Below, piece by piece: positions 27,357-37,149 of a stretch of 64,000 bases of DNA; within the stretch, counting starts at the first letter, position 1; each line of letters starts with the position of its first letter. Location of the stretch: NCBI GenBank assembly GCA_002315615.1, contig DCHK01000069.1, positions 5,333-69,332 of the forward strand, given 5' to 3'. The notes under the pieces were generated by a model. The model saw only the letters and a list, made by a program, of their open reading frames with translations. It was not told the DNA's origin and did no database searches. The position numbers were made by a program, and so were the translations under genes. This DNA comes from Bacteroidales bacterium UBA1754 (GTDB taxonomy: Bacteria; Bacteroidota; Bacteroidia; Bacteroidales; Paludibacteraceae).

Positions 27357-29366
27357 ATGGAGCCACTGAAAATTATTAGAAACGATGATTATTTGAAACC
27401 ATACGCTGAAGAAATTACTCGTAGGTATAAGTACACGATTGATAAGGAAAAACGAATGCTTTCTGGACTCAAAAACTTATCGATATTTGCATCTGGATAT
27501 TTGTATTTCGGATTGCATAAGACTATCGATGGGTGGGTCATCCGAGAGTGGGCACCGAATGCTACTGCCATTTATTTGAAAGGAACATTCAATAATTGGG
27601 AAAAGCAAGAGTCCTATCGCTTTAAAAAACTTGGCGACGGCATGTGGGAATTGAATTTGCCTAAAGTCGCTCTCCATCACGGCGATTTGTACAAATTGCA
27701 AATGGAGTGGCAAGGAGGCGAAGGAGAACGTGTGCCAGCTTGGGCTTTTCGTGTGGTGCAAGATGACGAAACAAAGATTTTCAGTGCTCAAGTTTGGGCA
27801 CCTGAAAAACCGTATAGGTTCAAGATAAATAAATTTAAGCCAAATACCGACCCATTGCTTATTTACGAATGCCACATTGGTATGGCTACCGAAGAAGAAA
27901 AGGTCGGAACTTATCGCGAATTTCGCGAAAACGTGTTGCCACGTGTAAAGAAAGCAGGTTATAATTGTATACAAATTATGGCCATTCAAGAGCATCCGTA
28001 TTACGGCTCTTTTGGTTATCACGTTTCGAGTTTCTTTGCTGCGTCATCTCGTTTTGGTACGCCCGACGAACTTAAGGAACTTATTGATGCCGCTCACGAA
28101 ATGGATATTGCGGTGATAATGGATTTAGTTCATTCGCACGCAGTGAAAAACGAAGTTGAAGGTTTAGGTAGATATGACGGCACACCAAATCAATTTTTTC
28201 ACGGAGGTTGGCGTCGAGAGCATACTGCGTGGGATTCGCTTTGCTTTGATTATGGCAAAAACGAAGTGTTGCACTTTTTGCTTTCTAACTGCAAATATTG
28301 GTTGGAAGAATATAATTTCGATGGATTCCGTTTCGATGGTGTAACGTCGATGTTGTATTTGAATCACGGACTTGGTTCCGATTTTATGGGATACGGCGAT
28401 TATTACAATTTGAACGAAGACGTAGATGCCATCACCTATCTTACATTGGCAAATAAATTGATTCACGAAGTGAAACCTCGTGCCATTACTATTGCCGAAG
28501 AAATGAGTGGAATGCCAGGTTTGGCTTCACCAATCAAAGAAGGTGGATTTGGTTTTGATTATCGTTTGGCAATGGGAATTCCAGATTTTTGGATAAAAAT
28601 TATCAAAGAACAATCTGACGAAGATTGGAAACCTGGTCATATTTTTTGGGAACTTACCAACCATCGTGATGACGAAAAAACTATCAATTATGCCGAAAGT
28701 CACGACCAAGCACTCGTTGGCGACAAAACTATCATTTTCCGCTTGATTGATGCCGAAATGTACACCAATATGTCAAAACTTTTCCCTTCTACCTATATGG
28801 TGGATAGAGGAATTGCTTTGCATAAGATGATTCGTTTGATAACAGTTTCTTCAATGAGTGGAGGTTATCTGAATTTTATGGGAAATGAATTTGGACATCC
28901 CGAGTGGATTGATTTTCCACGCGAAGGCAACGGATGGAGTTATAAGTATGCGCGTCGTCAGTGGCATTTGCTCGACGACCACGATTTGCGTTACCAAGGT
29001 TTAGGTGATTTTGATCGTGAAATGATGCAAATTATTTCATCACAAAACAAATTCCAAAAATTGAAAATCGAGCAACTTTGGGATAATTCGGGCGATCAAT
29101 TTTTTGCGTATCGTCGTGGAAATTTGGTGTTTGTGTTCAATTTTCATCCAAACAAATCGTATTCAGATTATGGCTTTTTGACGGAAAAAGGTTCGTACAA
29201 AGTAATCTTGAATACCGATGACAAGAAGTTTGGTGGTTTCGGTTTGGTCGATGATGGCGTAACACATTTTACTATACCCGATGTTCTTTACAGAAAAGAG
29301 AAGAAAGAATGGTTGAAAATTTACATTCCTTCTCGGTGTGCTATGGTGCTCCAAAAGATTGATTAA
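27357..29366 (+). CDS. glgB: 1,4-alpha-glucan branching enzyme (GH13, eukaryote-like subfamily)
   Basis: 669 aa. GH13 catalytic regions are DLVHSH, GFRFDGVTSM, AEEMSG and YAESHDQ, with an N-terminal CBM48-like region. Confidence 0.92.
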   Translation: MEPLKIIRNDDYLKPYAEEITRRYKYTIDKEKRMLSGLKNLSIFASGYLYFGLHKTIDGWVIREWAPNATAIYLKGTFNNWEKQESYRFKKLGDGMWELNLPKVALHHGDLYKLQMEWQGGEGERVPAWAFRVVQDDETKIFSAQVWAPEKPYRFKINKFKPNTDPLLIYECHIGMATEEEKVGTYREFRENVLPRVKKAGYNCIQIMAIQEHPYYGSFGYHVSSFFAASSRFGTPDELKELIDAAHEMDIAVIMDLVHSHAVKNEVEGLGRYDGTPNQFFHGGWRREHTAWDSLCFDYGKNEVLHFLLSNCKYWLEEYNFDGFRFDGVTSMLYLNHGLGSDFMGYGDYYNLNEDVDAITYLTLANKLIHEVKPRAITIAEEMSGMPGLASPIKEGGFGFDYRLAMGIPDFWIKIIKEQSDEDWKPGHIFWELTNHRDDEKTINYAESHDQALVGDKTIIFRLIDAEMYTNMSKLFPSTYMVDRGIALHKMIRLITVSSMSGGYLNFMGNEFGHPEWIDFPREGNGWSYKYARRQWHLLDDHDLRYQGLGDFDREMMQIISSQNKFQKLKIEQLWDNSGDQFFAYRRGNLVFVFNFHPNKSYSDYGFLTEKGSYKVILNTDDKKFGGFGLVDDGVTHFTIPDVLYRKEKKEWLKIYIPSRCAMVLQKID

Positions 29367-29397
29367 CTCGAAACAAAACGAAAAGAGTAAAAAATAG

Positions 29398-29405
29398 TAA
29401 CTTTG
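29398..29405 (+). promoter_or_regulatory. -7 promoter element (TAACTTTG) for the polysaccharide locus
   Basis: TAnnTTTG match 19 nt upstream of the ATG at 29424. Confidence 0.45.
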
Positions 29406-29423
29406 CAAAAAAAATAAAATTGT

Positions 29424-30395
29424 ATGGAAAATAATAATGAAGAAATGGATTTAATATCCTTGATGCGTTGGATGTTTGGGGGAGTAAAAAACTTTTTCAA
29501 AGGTTGTTTGAATGCTTGTGGAAGCATGTTAAAATTATGTTATCGCAATAAGTTGATAATCCTTGTTTTTCTTCTGTTAGGTATAGGAGTAGGCTTGTAT
29601 ATGTCATTCCCGAAAGTTTATAGAGGAGAATGCATTTTAAAGGCACCAAGTTCGCATCTTGTGAAATCAATGGTTAACGAATTTGATGGTACAAAATACA
29701 ATAACGGAAGTAATAAAGCGATAAGCAAATTGAATCTATCTCCTGAATTGGCTGCAAAAATTAGTTTGATTCGTCCTTATAGTGTAATAACGAGTAAAGA
29801 TGACCCAAATGAAATTAAGAAAATTGCTTATAAAGATAAAGATCTTGTTGTTACAGATACATTATTAAAGGTGTCGGGTTCTCGCATTTGCCTACAATTT
29901 TTAATGAAAAGTGATAGTGATTTTGTTACTCTGCAAAATTCGATTATTTCTTATTTGAATAAAGTGCCAGAAATTGAGGCGTATAATTCGCGACAAGCAC
30001 AATATCTAAATTCTTTGTTGCAGTCAATAGATAACGAATTGTCAAAACTAGATAGTTTGAGCAAGGTTGATTATTTCGGCAAAGATTCAAAACGCACACG
30101 TATGCAGTTGAGTGTTGATACTGTTGGAGTTACGCTTGGAGAAAAAGATAAAAAATTATATCATAATGATATTTTTGAATTGCAGTCGAAGCGAGATAGT
30201 GTCACAAACGAAATCCAAACAATGCAAAATGGTAGTGTTAGTGTAGTTACTCCAATGCTTGTAAAAAAATATCCGTATAATTTTTGGTTGAAAGAAATCA
30301 TTATTTTTGGTGGTTTGTTCTTTGTTTTTGGAATATTTGTCGCTGCTTTTTGGGAAAATCGCAAAAAAATTAAGCAATATTTGGAAGAAAAATAA
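29424..30395 (+). CDS. Putative polysaccharide chain-length determinant (Wzz/PCP-like topology)
   Basis: 323 aa. One TM segment near the N-terminus (LIILVFLLLGIGVGLYM), a long hydrophilic, coiled-coil-prone middle, and one C-terminal TM segment (IIIFGGLFFVFGIFVAAFW). It sits first in a wzx/wzy locus. The assignment rests on topology and context only. Confidence 0.45.
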   Translation: MENNNEEMDLISLMRWMFGGVKNFFKGCLNACGSMLKLCYRNKLIILVFLLLGIGVGLYMSFPKVYRGECILKAPSSHLVKSMVNEFDGTKYNNGSNKAISKLNLSPELAAKISLIRPYSVITSKDDPNEIKKIAYKDKDLVVTDTLLKVSGSRICLQFLMKSDSDFVTLQNSIISYLNKVPEIEAYNSRQAQYLNSLLQSIDNELSKLDSLSKVDYFGKDSKRTRMQLSVDTVGVTLGEKDKKLYHNDIFELQSKRDSVTNEIQTMQNGSVSVVTPMLVKKYPYNFWLKEIIIFGGLFFVFGIFVAAFWENRKKIKQYLEEK

Positions 30396-30403
30396 TAGGT
30401 ATT

Positions 30404-31672
30404 TTGGATACGAAGAAGTATTTAAATATAAAATATTTATCGTCGCAACCATTGTTCGCTAATATTGCATCATTGGGATTGGTGCAATTGGCAAATTATA
30501 TAATACCAATAATTATTATCCCTTTTGTTGTGCGAGCATTGGGTGCCGAAGCATTCGGACGAGCTTCGTATGCTCAAAATATTGTTTCGTATCTTACTAT
30601 TTTAGTTAATTTTGGTTTTGATTATTCAGCCACACAAGATGTCGCAATTAATAGGGAGAATAAGAGCGCGTTGCAAAATATTTTTTGGACGGTAATTCGT
30701 TTCAAAGTACTTTTGTTGTGCGCATCATTTGTAATTTTATTTTTGCTTTATTTCTTTTCTTCAAAAGTACACGAAGACCCCATTTTATACCTTTATGCAG
30801 CGCTGATAAATGTTGGTTTCGTCTTTTTCCCAAACTGGTTTTTTCAGGGAATGGAGAAAATGGCAAAAATGTCGCTCTTTAATTTTGTGATAAAACTTTT
30901 AGGAGCCTTGTTGGTTGTTTTGTTAGTGTCTTCTCCCGATGACTATAGGTTATATCTATTGATACTTTCGCTTTCGTACGCATTAGTTGGCGTATTGGCG
31001 ATGTTGTATGTAATTAGAAAATTCAATCTTACCACCATAAATTTCACTTTTGAAAAAAGTGTTATCAAAAAAAGTTTTCCAATATTTTTGAATACATTGT
31101 TTGCCTCACTTTATACGATTTCTGGTATGACTATACTAGGAATTTATGTTTCGGATGCCGAAGTTGGCATTTATAGTGGTGCGTATAAAATAATTATGGC
31201 ATTTGTTGTTATCTCGAGTATGCCAATAAATGTGGCATTGTTTCCTATGATTAGTCGTGAATTTAATAAATCTATAGACTGTGGAATTTCTTTGGTAAAA
31301 AAGGCAATGATAATTTTATTGCCAACAATGTTTATTTATTGTAGTTGTATTTTTTTGTTTGCACCTCAAATAACAAAAATTTTATTAGGTACTAACTTCA
31401 ATGCAGCAACGGAATATATTAGATTATTTTCTTTGTTGCCATTGCTTGTTACTTTTGCAAGTTTAGTCACAATACAATGCCTTTATGGTCTTGGGCAACA
31501 AAAGTACGCACCAATTGTAGGCTCTATAGTTGGAACTATATGTGTAATAGCGAATTTTTTATTGATACCAGAAGTTGGTTCGTATGGCGCTATTTATACC
31601 TATTTAGGTGCTGAATTGTTGGAGATTTTTATTTCAGGCATGTTTGTGTGGATTTCTCTGAAAAATAGATGA
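30404..31672 (+). CDS. wzx: Polysaccharide flippase (MOP superfamily, Wzx)
   Basis: 422 aa with about 12 TM segments. The N-terminal LVQLANYIIPIIIIPFVVRALGAEAFG is typical of Wzx. The start must be TTG at 30404, since there is no in-frame ATG before the first TM segment. Confidence 0.8.
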   Translation: MDTKKYLNIKYLSSQPLFANIASLGLVQLANYIIPIIIIPFVVRALGAEAFGRASYAQNIVSYLTILVNFGFDYSATQDVAINRENKSALQNIFWTVIRFKVLLLCASFVILFLLYFFSSKVHEDPILYLYAALINVGFVFFPNWFFQGMEKMAKMSLFNFVIKLLGALLVVLLVSSPDDYRLYLLILSLSYALVGVLAMLYVIRKFNLTTINFTFEKSVIKKSFPIFLNTLFASLYTISGMTILGIYVSDAEVGIYSGAYKIIMAFVVISSMPINVALFPMISREFNKSIDCGISLVKKAMIILLPTMFIYCSCIFLFAPQITKILLGTNFNAATEYIRLFSLLPLLVTFASLVTIQCLYGLGQQKYAPIVGSIVGTICVIANFLLIPEVGSYGAIYTYLGAELLEIFISGMFVWISLKNR

Positions 31673-32874
31673 CAATTGCTTTGCTGATATGGCTTTTGAT
31701 TATGTTGTTTGTTGGCTATATGCTCTCAAACAAAAATATTTTTGCGCCATCTGTATTGACATCTGCAGTATGGATTTTTATGTTGCTGATGTTTTATTAT
31801 TTGGAACACGACTTGCCCTCATTAAAAAATCAAGTTTTACTCTCAATTTTTTTGTGGACTACAGGCTTTGTGCTTTCTTCTCTTCTAATACAATCTATTA
31901 CTTTTACCAAAACAAAATACACGCAAAACACTCCCAATAAATTAATACGAGATGTATATTTCATTTTATCCGTTGCAACATTTCCGTTGTTGTTGTTGTT
32001 TGCATTTGAAGCAATTAAATATGGAGAAACGGGCGAGTGGGCTATAGATTTGCGAAATGCGGCAATTGGAGCAACAGAAAGGCACGCAGAGCCTTATAGT
32101 GGGTTATATCTAATATTGTGGAAAGTGGCTTATGCTATAGAATTGTGTTATTGTACTGCAAAAAATAGATATCGAGTATATGTACTGGCATTTATGTATA
32201 TTGCTATGGGCATATTGTTAATGTCAAAGGCTGTATTTCTCGAGTTTGCAGTGATAACTGTAGTTGTGCTTTGGTTCAAAGGAGCAATAAAAATAAAGTT
32301 TGTTTTAATTGTAGGTGCAGCCTTGTTTTTTTGTTTTATTATATTGCAACAATTGCGCCATCACTTATCGTCTGGCGAAAATGCAAAAAACGATTTTCTG
32401 GTACTATATGTTGTAGGTCACTTGTCTGCTTTTGATACTTTAAAACCTTGTTCATCAACTAATTTAGGGGAAAATGTATTTCGCATATTTTATGCGATTC
32501 CATATAAATTGGGTATGTCCTCTATACCTCCAATAGATCCCCTTTTACCTTGGATAAAAGAACCTTTAAGGACAAATACATACACTTGTATGTATCCGTT
32601 TTTTGTTGATTTTGGATACAAAGGTGTATTTTGTTTTTCTTTATTATATGGAACTTTGTTTGGCTGGATATACAAAAAAATAGAACGAAGCAAGAATTTA
32701 TTTTTTGTTTTGCTATATGCACTGATGTTTAATGTAGTTCTTATGCAGTATGTGGCAGAAATATTATTGACTAACTTTGCAATTTTCGTATATATAATAT
32801 TATTTTTGGTTTTCCCTTTTGTATTTACTTTAAAGAATGAAACAGTCGATTCAAATAATCATAGTGCTGTATAA
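31669..32874 (+). CDS. wzy: Oligosaccharide repeat-unit polymerase (Wzy-like)
   Basis: 401 aa polytopic membrane protein with a larger loop. ATGA overlap with wzx. Composition and context fit Wzy; there is no strong motif. Confidence 0.65.
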   Translation: MTIALLIWLLIMLFVGYMLSNKNIFAPSVLTSAVWIFMLLMFYYLEHDLPSLKNQVLLSIFLWTTGFVLSSLLIQSITFTKTKYTQNTPNKLIRDVYFILSVATFPLLLLFAFEAIKYGETGEWAIDLRNAAIGATERHAEPYSGLYLILWKVAYAIELCYCTAKNRYRVYVLAFMYIAMGILLMSKAVFLEFAVITVVVLWFKGAIKIKFVLIVGAALFFCFIILQQLRHHLSSGENAKNDFLVLYVVGHLSAFDTLKPCSSTNLGENVFRIFYAIPYKLGMSSIPPIDPLLPWIKEPLRTNTYTCMYPFFVDFGYKGVFCFSLLYGTLFGWIYKKIERSKNLFFVLLYALMFNVVLMQYVAEILLTNFAIFVYIILFLVFPFVFTLKNETVDSNNHSAV

Positions 32875-33682
32875 GATGAGATTGGAAAATAGTTTGTCTT
32901 ATAAAACATTGATGGAAAATATTGGAAATGTGCAAATGGATTATCATTTGTTGATATATAACAATTCTCCAGAGATTATAGTTGAGCAATCATCTAAATA
33001 CGAAATTTATACACCAGAAAATAATACGATGTTGGCAGGTGCTTATAATTTTGCGTTGACACGAGCAAGAGCAAATTCTTGCGAATGGTTGTTGTTGCTC
33101 GACCAAGATACAAAACTAACAAAACACTATTTTGAATGTCTCCAAAAAGAATTTGATTCATTGCAAATAAGCGAAAATAACAAAATTGCTGCTTTTGTTC
33201 CATTCATTAAAGCAGAAAACGGGTATATTATCGATCCGTATCACTATAACCCAATCTGGGGATGTTGGTATAACTTAAAAAAAGTAAAAGCAGGACTTCA
33301 TAAGGAGTGTATTATCGCAATAAATTCATGTGCTTTGATTAATTGCTCAGCCATTGAAAGAATAGGAGGATTTCCAAGTGAATACCCTTTGGACTCTTTG
33401 GATTCTTCTTACTTCTATCGCTTTTATAAGAACGGTTATCTTGTTGTTGTTCTGGATACTCATTTAGAGCACGATATGAGTATTATGGATTATAGAAAAA
33501 ATATGACACATCAGCGATACGCATCAATCATAGAGTCAGAAAATAAATTTGCTCACGAATTAGGATGTCTTGCTGTAATTGCTTTTAAGTCAAGATTGTT
33601 TCTTCGAGCAATAAAGTGTATTTTTGTATCAAACAGAAGGAAATACGCTTGGCAAACTCTAAAAGCGATATTTACAAATTAA
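32837..33682 (+). CDS. Glycosyltransferase family 2
   Basis: IQIIIVLYK (beta-1) and LLIYNNSPE, then LLLDQDT (DXD-like). The 38-nt overlap with wzy is kept because beta-1 would be lost with the later ATG at 32876. Confidence 0.75.
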   Translation: MKQSIQIIIVLYKMRLENSLSYKTLMENIGNVQMDYHLLIYNNSPEIIVEQSSKYEIYTPENNTMLAGAYNFALTRARANSCEWLLLLDQDTKLTKHYFECLQKEFDSLQISENNKIAAFVPFIKAENGYIIDPYHYNPIWGCWYNLKKVKAGLHKECIIAINSCALINCSAIERIGGFPSEYPLDSLDSSYFYRFYKNGYLVVVLDTHLEHDMSIMDYRKNMTHQRYASIIESENKFAHELGCLAVIAFKSRLFLRAIKCIFVSNRRKYAWQTLKAIFTN

Positions 33683-33696
33683 AATTTTAGAAAAAT

Positions 33697-34821
33697 ATGA
33701 ATCCAAAATTAATCGCAATATATTTCCCACAATTTCATGATATACCAGAGAATGACGAATGGTGGGGGAAAAATTTTACAGACTGGGAACTTGTGAAAAA
33801 ATCTCGACCTTTGTTCGATGGGCATTATCAACCAAGAATTCCCAGAGATGGATACTATAATCCTTGCGAGAAAGATGTTCTTAAAAAACAAGCAGTTTTA
33901 GCCGAGCAATATAATGTTTTTGGTTTTATGTTCTACCACTATTGGTTTGATGGAAAACTTATTCTTGAAAAGCCAGCAGAAACTTTTCTGCGATCAAAAG
34001 ATATTGATATGCCTTTTTGCTTTTCATGGGCAAATGCGAGTTGGACAAGACAATGGACAGGGAATAATGAAATTTTGCTAAAGCAAAATCATATTCCAGA
34101 TGAGAATTTGTGGGAAAAACATTTTTCATATTTGTTGCCTTTTTTTAAGGATTCTCGTTATATGAAAAAAGACAACAAACCTATATTTGCTATATATGCG
34201 CCCAATTTGTTAAAAGAAACAGAAAGAATGTTTGCATTATGGAATAAAATGGCAAAAGAAAATGGAATGGAAGGAATTTATTTTATCGCAATGAAAAATT
34301 ATGACTTTGCAAATCCGTCTTTTTTGAATTCTTTCGATGCTTTAATGAATTTTCAACCGCGACAAGCAAATGTGTCTGCAAAAAATCCGCACAAACAAAA
34401 GTTAATGAGTTTGTCATATTTTAGATTGTTGCCAGAGCGTATGCAGAATTTCCTGGCTGGTATTAGATTGAAATTTAAATCAATTTCAAAAATAGATACT
34501 CCGCAAATTTGGCAACATATTCTTAAATTTGCATATCAGTCTGAGTATCCTCAATATAAATTAGATTTGTATGAGAGTGCATTTTTTGATTGGGACAATA
34601 CTGCAAGATATGGTAAAAGAGCGACCATTTACACTGAACAATCGTTAGAAGAAAAGAGGGCTTTTTTAGAGAGTTTGTATCAAAAAGCAACCGAAAATAA
34701 TTCAGAATATATCTTTTTTAACGCATGGAATGAATGGTCTGAAAGTGCATATCTTGAGCCAGATGAAAAAAAGGACTTCGCGCACTTAGAGATAATAAAA
34801 GAAATTTTTGATAAAAAATAG
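33697..34821 (+). CDS. WbsX-family (glycoside hydrolase 99-like) polysaccharide biosynthesis protein
   Basis: The N-terminus LIAIYFPQFHDIPENDEWWGKNFTDWELVKK and NAWNEWSESAYLEPD are the hallmarks of WbsX-like proteins. Confidence 0.75.
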   Translation: MNPKLIAIYFPQFHDIPENDEWWGKNFTDWELVKKSRPLFDGHYQPRIPRDGYYNPCEKDVLKKQAVLAEQYNVFGFMFYHYWFDGKLILEKPAETFLRSKDIDMPFCFSWANASWTRQWTGNNEILLKQNHIPDENLWEKHFSYLLPFFKDSRYMKKDNKPIFAIYAPNLLKETERMFALWNKMAKENGMEGIYFIAMKNYDFANPSFLNSFDALMNFQPRQANVSAKNPHKQKLMSLSYFRLLPERMQNFLAGIRLKFKSISKIDTPQIWQHILKFAYQSEYPQYKLDLYESAFFDWDNTARYGKRATIYTEQSLEEKRAFLESLYQKATENNSEYIFFNAWNEWSESAYLEPDEKKDFAHLEIIKEIFDKK

Positions 34822-34831
34822 GCTTTACTTT

Positions 34832-35590
34832 ATGCAAGATAATTTAGTTTCAATAATAACTCCGCTATACAATGGTGAAAGATTTGTGGCACAAACAATA
34901 GAATCAGTTTTGGCGCAGTCTTATCCACATTGGGAAATGATAATCATCAACGATGGCTCAAAAGATAATAGCGAGGCGATAGTAAAAGCATATACGGAAA
35001 AAGATTCAAGAATAAAACTTTTTTCTCAGCAGAATGCTGGTAGTGCTGCTGCTCGCAATAATGGTATAAGAAGGGCAGAAGGTCGATATATTGCGTTGCT
35101 TGATGCCGATGATTTGTGGGATAGCAATTTCCTTGAAAGTCAGTTGGCTTTAATGCAAAAAACAAATGCTCAATTGGTCTATGCTTCTCATCGCCGTATA
35201 GATGAAAATAACAATGAATGCCTAAAACCATTCTTGGTCTCGGGAACTACCGACTACTACGGATTGCTCAAAACTTGCTCTATATCTTGCTTGACAGGAT
35301 TGTATGATTCTAAAGAATTTGGTAAAATGTATCTTCGCGAGGACTTAAAGTCTCTTCGCGATGATTTTGTTTTTTGGCTTTCTATATTGAAAAAAGTAAA
35401 AGTCGCCTATGCAAACCCAGAGGTGATAGCAAGTTATCGTATTTTAGGTAATTCGACTTCTCGTAACAAGAAGAAGGTTATAAAACCACAATTTAGGGTT
35501 TACTATGAAATAGAAAAGTTGGGATTGGTTAAAAGTATCTATTATCTAATTTCTTGGGCTATAAATGGTTATTTGAAATATCGCAAATGA
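34832..35590 (+). CDS. Glycosyltransferase family 2
   Basis: VSIITPLYNGERFVAQTIESVLAQSY, IIINDGSKDNS and LDADDLW are canonical GT2 motifs. The start is trimmed to the ATG at 34832; the ORF-track start is TTG and overlaps the upstream gene. Confidence 0.88.
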   Translation: MQDNLVSIITPLYNGERFVAQTIESVLAQSYPHWEMIIINDGSKDNSEAIVKAYTEKDSRIKLFSQQNAGSAAARNNGIRRAEGRYIALLDADDLWDSNFLESQLALMQKTNAQLVYASHRRIDENNNECLKPFLVSGTTDYYGLLKTCSISCLTGLYDSKEFGKMYLREDLKSLRDDFVFWLSILKKVKVAYANPEVIASYRILGNSTSRNKKKVIKPQFRVYYEIEKLGLVKSIYYLISWAINGYLKYRK

Positions 35591-35596
35591 CCTTCC

Positions 35597-36295
35597 TTAC
35601 ATCTTTAAGTAAAAATCTTTTGTAAGGGCAACGTATTCGTCGGTATAGTCGTGGCGTTGCTCTTTTTCTATGAAAAGTGTATTTTCTTCTTGTTTTGAAT
35701 TTTTGAAAGAAAACTCGAGCAAAAGTCTTTTGGGTGGTAAATCAGCACGAGGGAAAACGATTGTTTTTCGTGTACAAAACAAACGGAATTCTTGTGCCAA
35801 TTCAATCAGTTTTTCGCCTTCTAAAATGGGGTAAATCACGCACAAACGTCCGTTTTCGTTAAGCAGTTTTGCCGAAACGGATATCAATTCTTGTGGTGAC
35901 AAAGTGTCGGTGTGGCGGGCTGTTTGTCGTTCTTTGTTTGGATTTTTAAGCGAATTGACAAAGTATGGTGGATTAGAAACAATCAAGTCAAACTTTTGCT
36001 CGAATTTATAATGGCAAAAATTTCCTTCTACGAATTGAATACGTTCGCCCCACGGTGAATTCTTGGCATTTTCTTTCGATTGTTCAACTGCTTTTTTGTC
36101 TATTTCTATTCCTGTTATTTTTGATTCGCTATTTCGTTGTGCCAACATTATCGAAATCAGTCCTGTTCCTGAACCGACATCAAGTATGTTTTTCGCTCCA
36201 TTTATATCAGTCCAAGCGCCTAACAATACGCCGTCTGTGCCAACTTTCATTGCGCATTCAGATTGTTGTATTGCGAATTGCTTGAACTGAAACAT
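35597..36295 (-). CDS. yfiC: tRNA1(Val) (adenine37-N6)-methyltransferase (YfiC/TrmN6-like)
   Basis: MFQFKQFAIQQSECAMKVGTDGVLLGAW N-terminus, SAM motif ILDVGSGTGLISIMLAQR and catalytic NPPYF. Confidence 0.85.
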   Translation of the reverse strand: MFQFKQFAIQQSECAMKVGTDGVLLGAWTDINGAKNILDVGSGTGLISIMLAQRNSESKITGIEIDKKAVEQSKENAKNSPWGERIQFVEGNFCHYKFEQKFDLIVSNPPYFVNSLKNPNKERQTARHTDTLSPQELISVSAKLLNENGRLCVIYPILEGEKLIELAQEFRLFCTRKTIVFPRADLPPKRLLLEFSFKNSKQEENTLFIEKEQRHDYTDEYVALTKDFYLKM

Positions 36296-36300
36296 AAGTG

Positions 36301-37071
36301 TTACGAATTTTTCATCATTTGCAAGCGAATGTTTGTCAGCACTTTCTTGGTGTCGAGTGTGAAATCACCGTTCATCATCCAACTATAATACGAAGTGTCG
36401 GTTTTCAAAATATCTTTCAGTTTGCGGTCTTTGTATTTGCCAAAATTGATGACGATTTCGTCATTGTCGTCGTAAACAAATCGTCCAGCAAAATCCACGT
36501 TTCTCGTGAAAGATGAATATTCCGAAAGGAAATCAATGTCGTTTTGTAGGTCATCGTATTTGTCGAGTTGCGATTTTAGAACCTCGTAAGTTGCCATAGT
36601 GTCTGCAGAAGCGGAGTGAGCGTCTTCAAGATTTTTATCGCAATAGAATTTGTATGCGGCAATGAGTGTACGTTGTTCTTTTTTGTGAAAAATGGTTTGT
36701 ACATCAACAAATTTTCGCTTGTTTAAATCGATGTCAACACCTGCTCTTAAAAACTCTTCGGCGAGTAGAGGGATGTCGAATCGGTTAGAATTAAAGCCTG
36801 CCAAGTCGCATCCTTCTATTGTTGTAGCCAGCGATTTTGCAATTTGTTTGAATGTCGGTTCGTTTTTTACGTCGTCGTCTGTTATTCCATGCACTGCTGT
36901 CGCATTTTCAGGAATGTGCATTTCTGGATTTATGCGTCTTGTTTTGGAAATTTCTTCGCCGTTTGGCATTACTTTCAAAAACGAGATTTCTACTATTCTG
37001 TCTTTAGCAACATTAACTCCTGTGGTTTCTAAATCGAAAAACACCAATGGATTTTTTAGGTTTAGTTTCAT
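36301..37071 (-). CDS. 3'-5' exonuclease, DnaQ (Pol III epsilon)-like
   Basis: Exo I motif VFFDLETTG, Exo II AGFNSNRFDIP and Exo III HSASADT. The start is trimmed to the ATG at 37071. Confidence 0.85.
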   Translation of the reverse strand: MKLNLKNPLVFFDLETTGVNVAKDRIVEISFLKVMPNGEEISKTRRINPEMHIPENATAVHGITDDDVKNEPTFKQIAKSLATTIEGCDLAGFNSNRFDIPLLAEEFLRAGVDIDLNKRKFVDVQTIFHKKEQRTLIAAYKFYCDKNLEDAHSASADTMATYEVLKSQLDKYDDLQNDIDFLSEYSSFTRNVDFAGRFVYDDNDEIVINFGKYKDRKLKDILKTDTSYYSWMMNGDFTLDTKKVLTNIRLQMMKNS

Positions 37072-37094
37072 CGCAATATTGAAATGGATTTGTA

Positions 37095-37132
37095 TAAAAA
37101 AAGACCACAATCTTAAGGAAGATTGCAGTCTT
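37095..37132 (-). terminator. Probable rho-independent terminator downstream of dnaN
   Basis: Imperfect 14-nt arms at 37101-37114 and 37119-37132 have a 2x2 internal mismatch. The A7 run on the plus strand gives a U-run on the minus strand. Confidence 0.45.
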
Positions 37133-37149
37133 TTGTTATTTTGATAATA

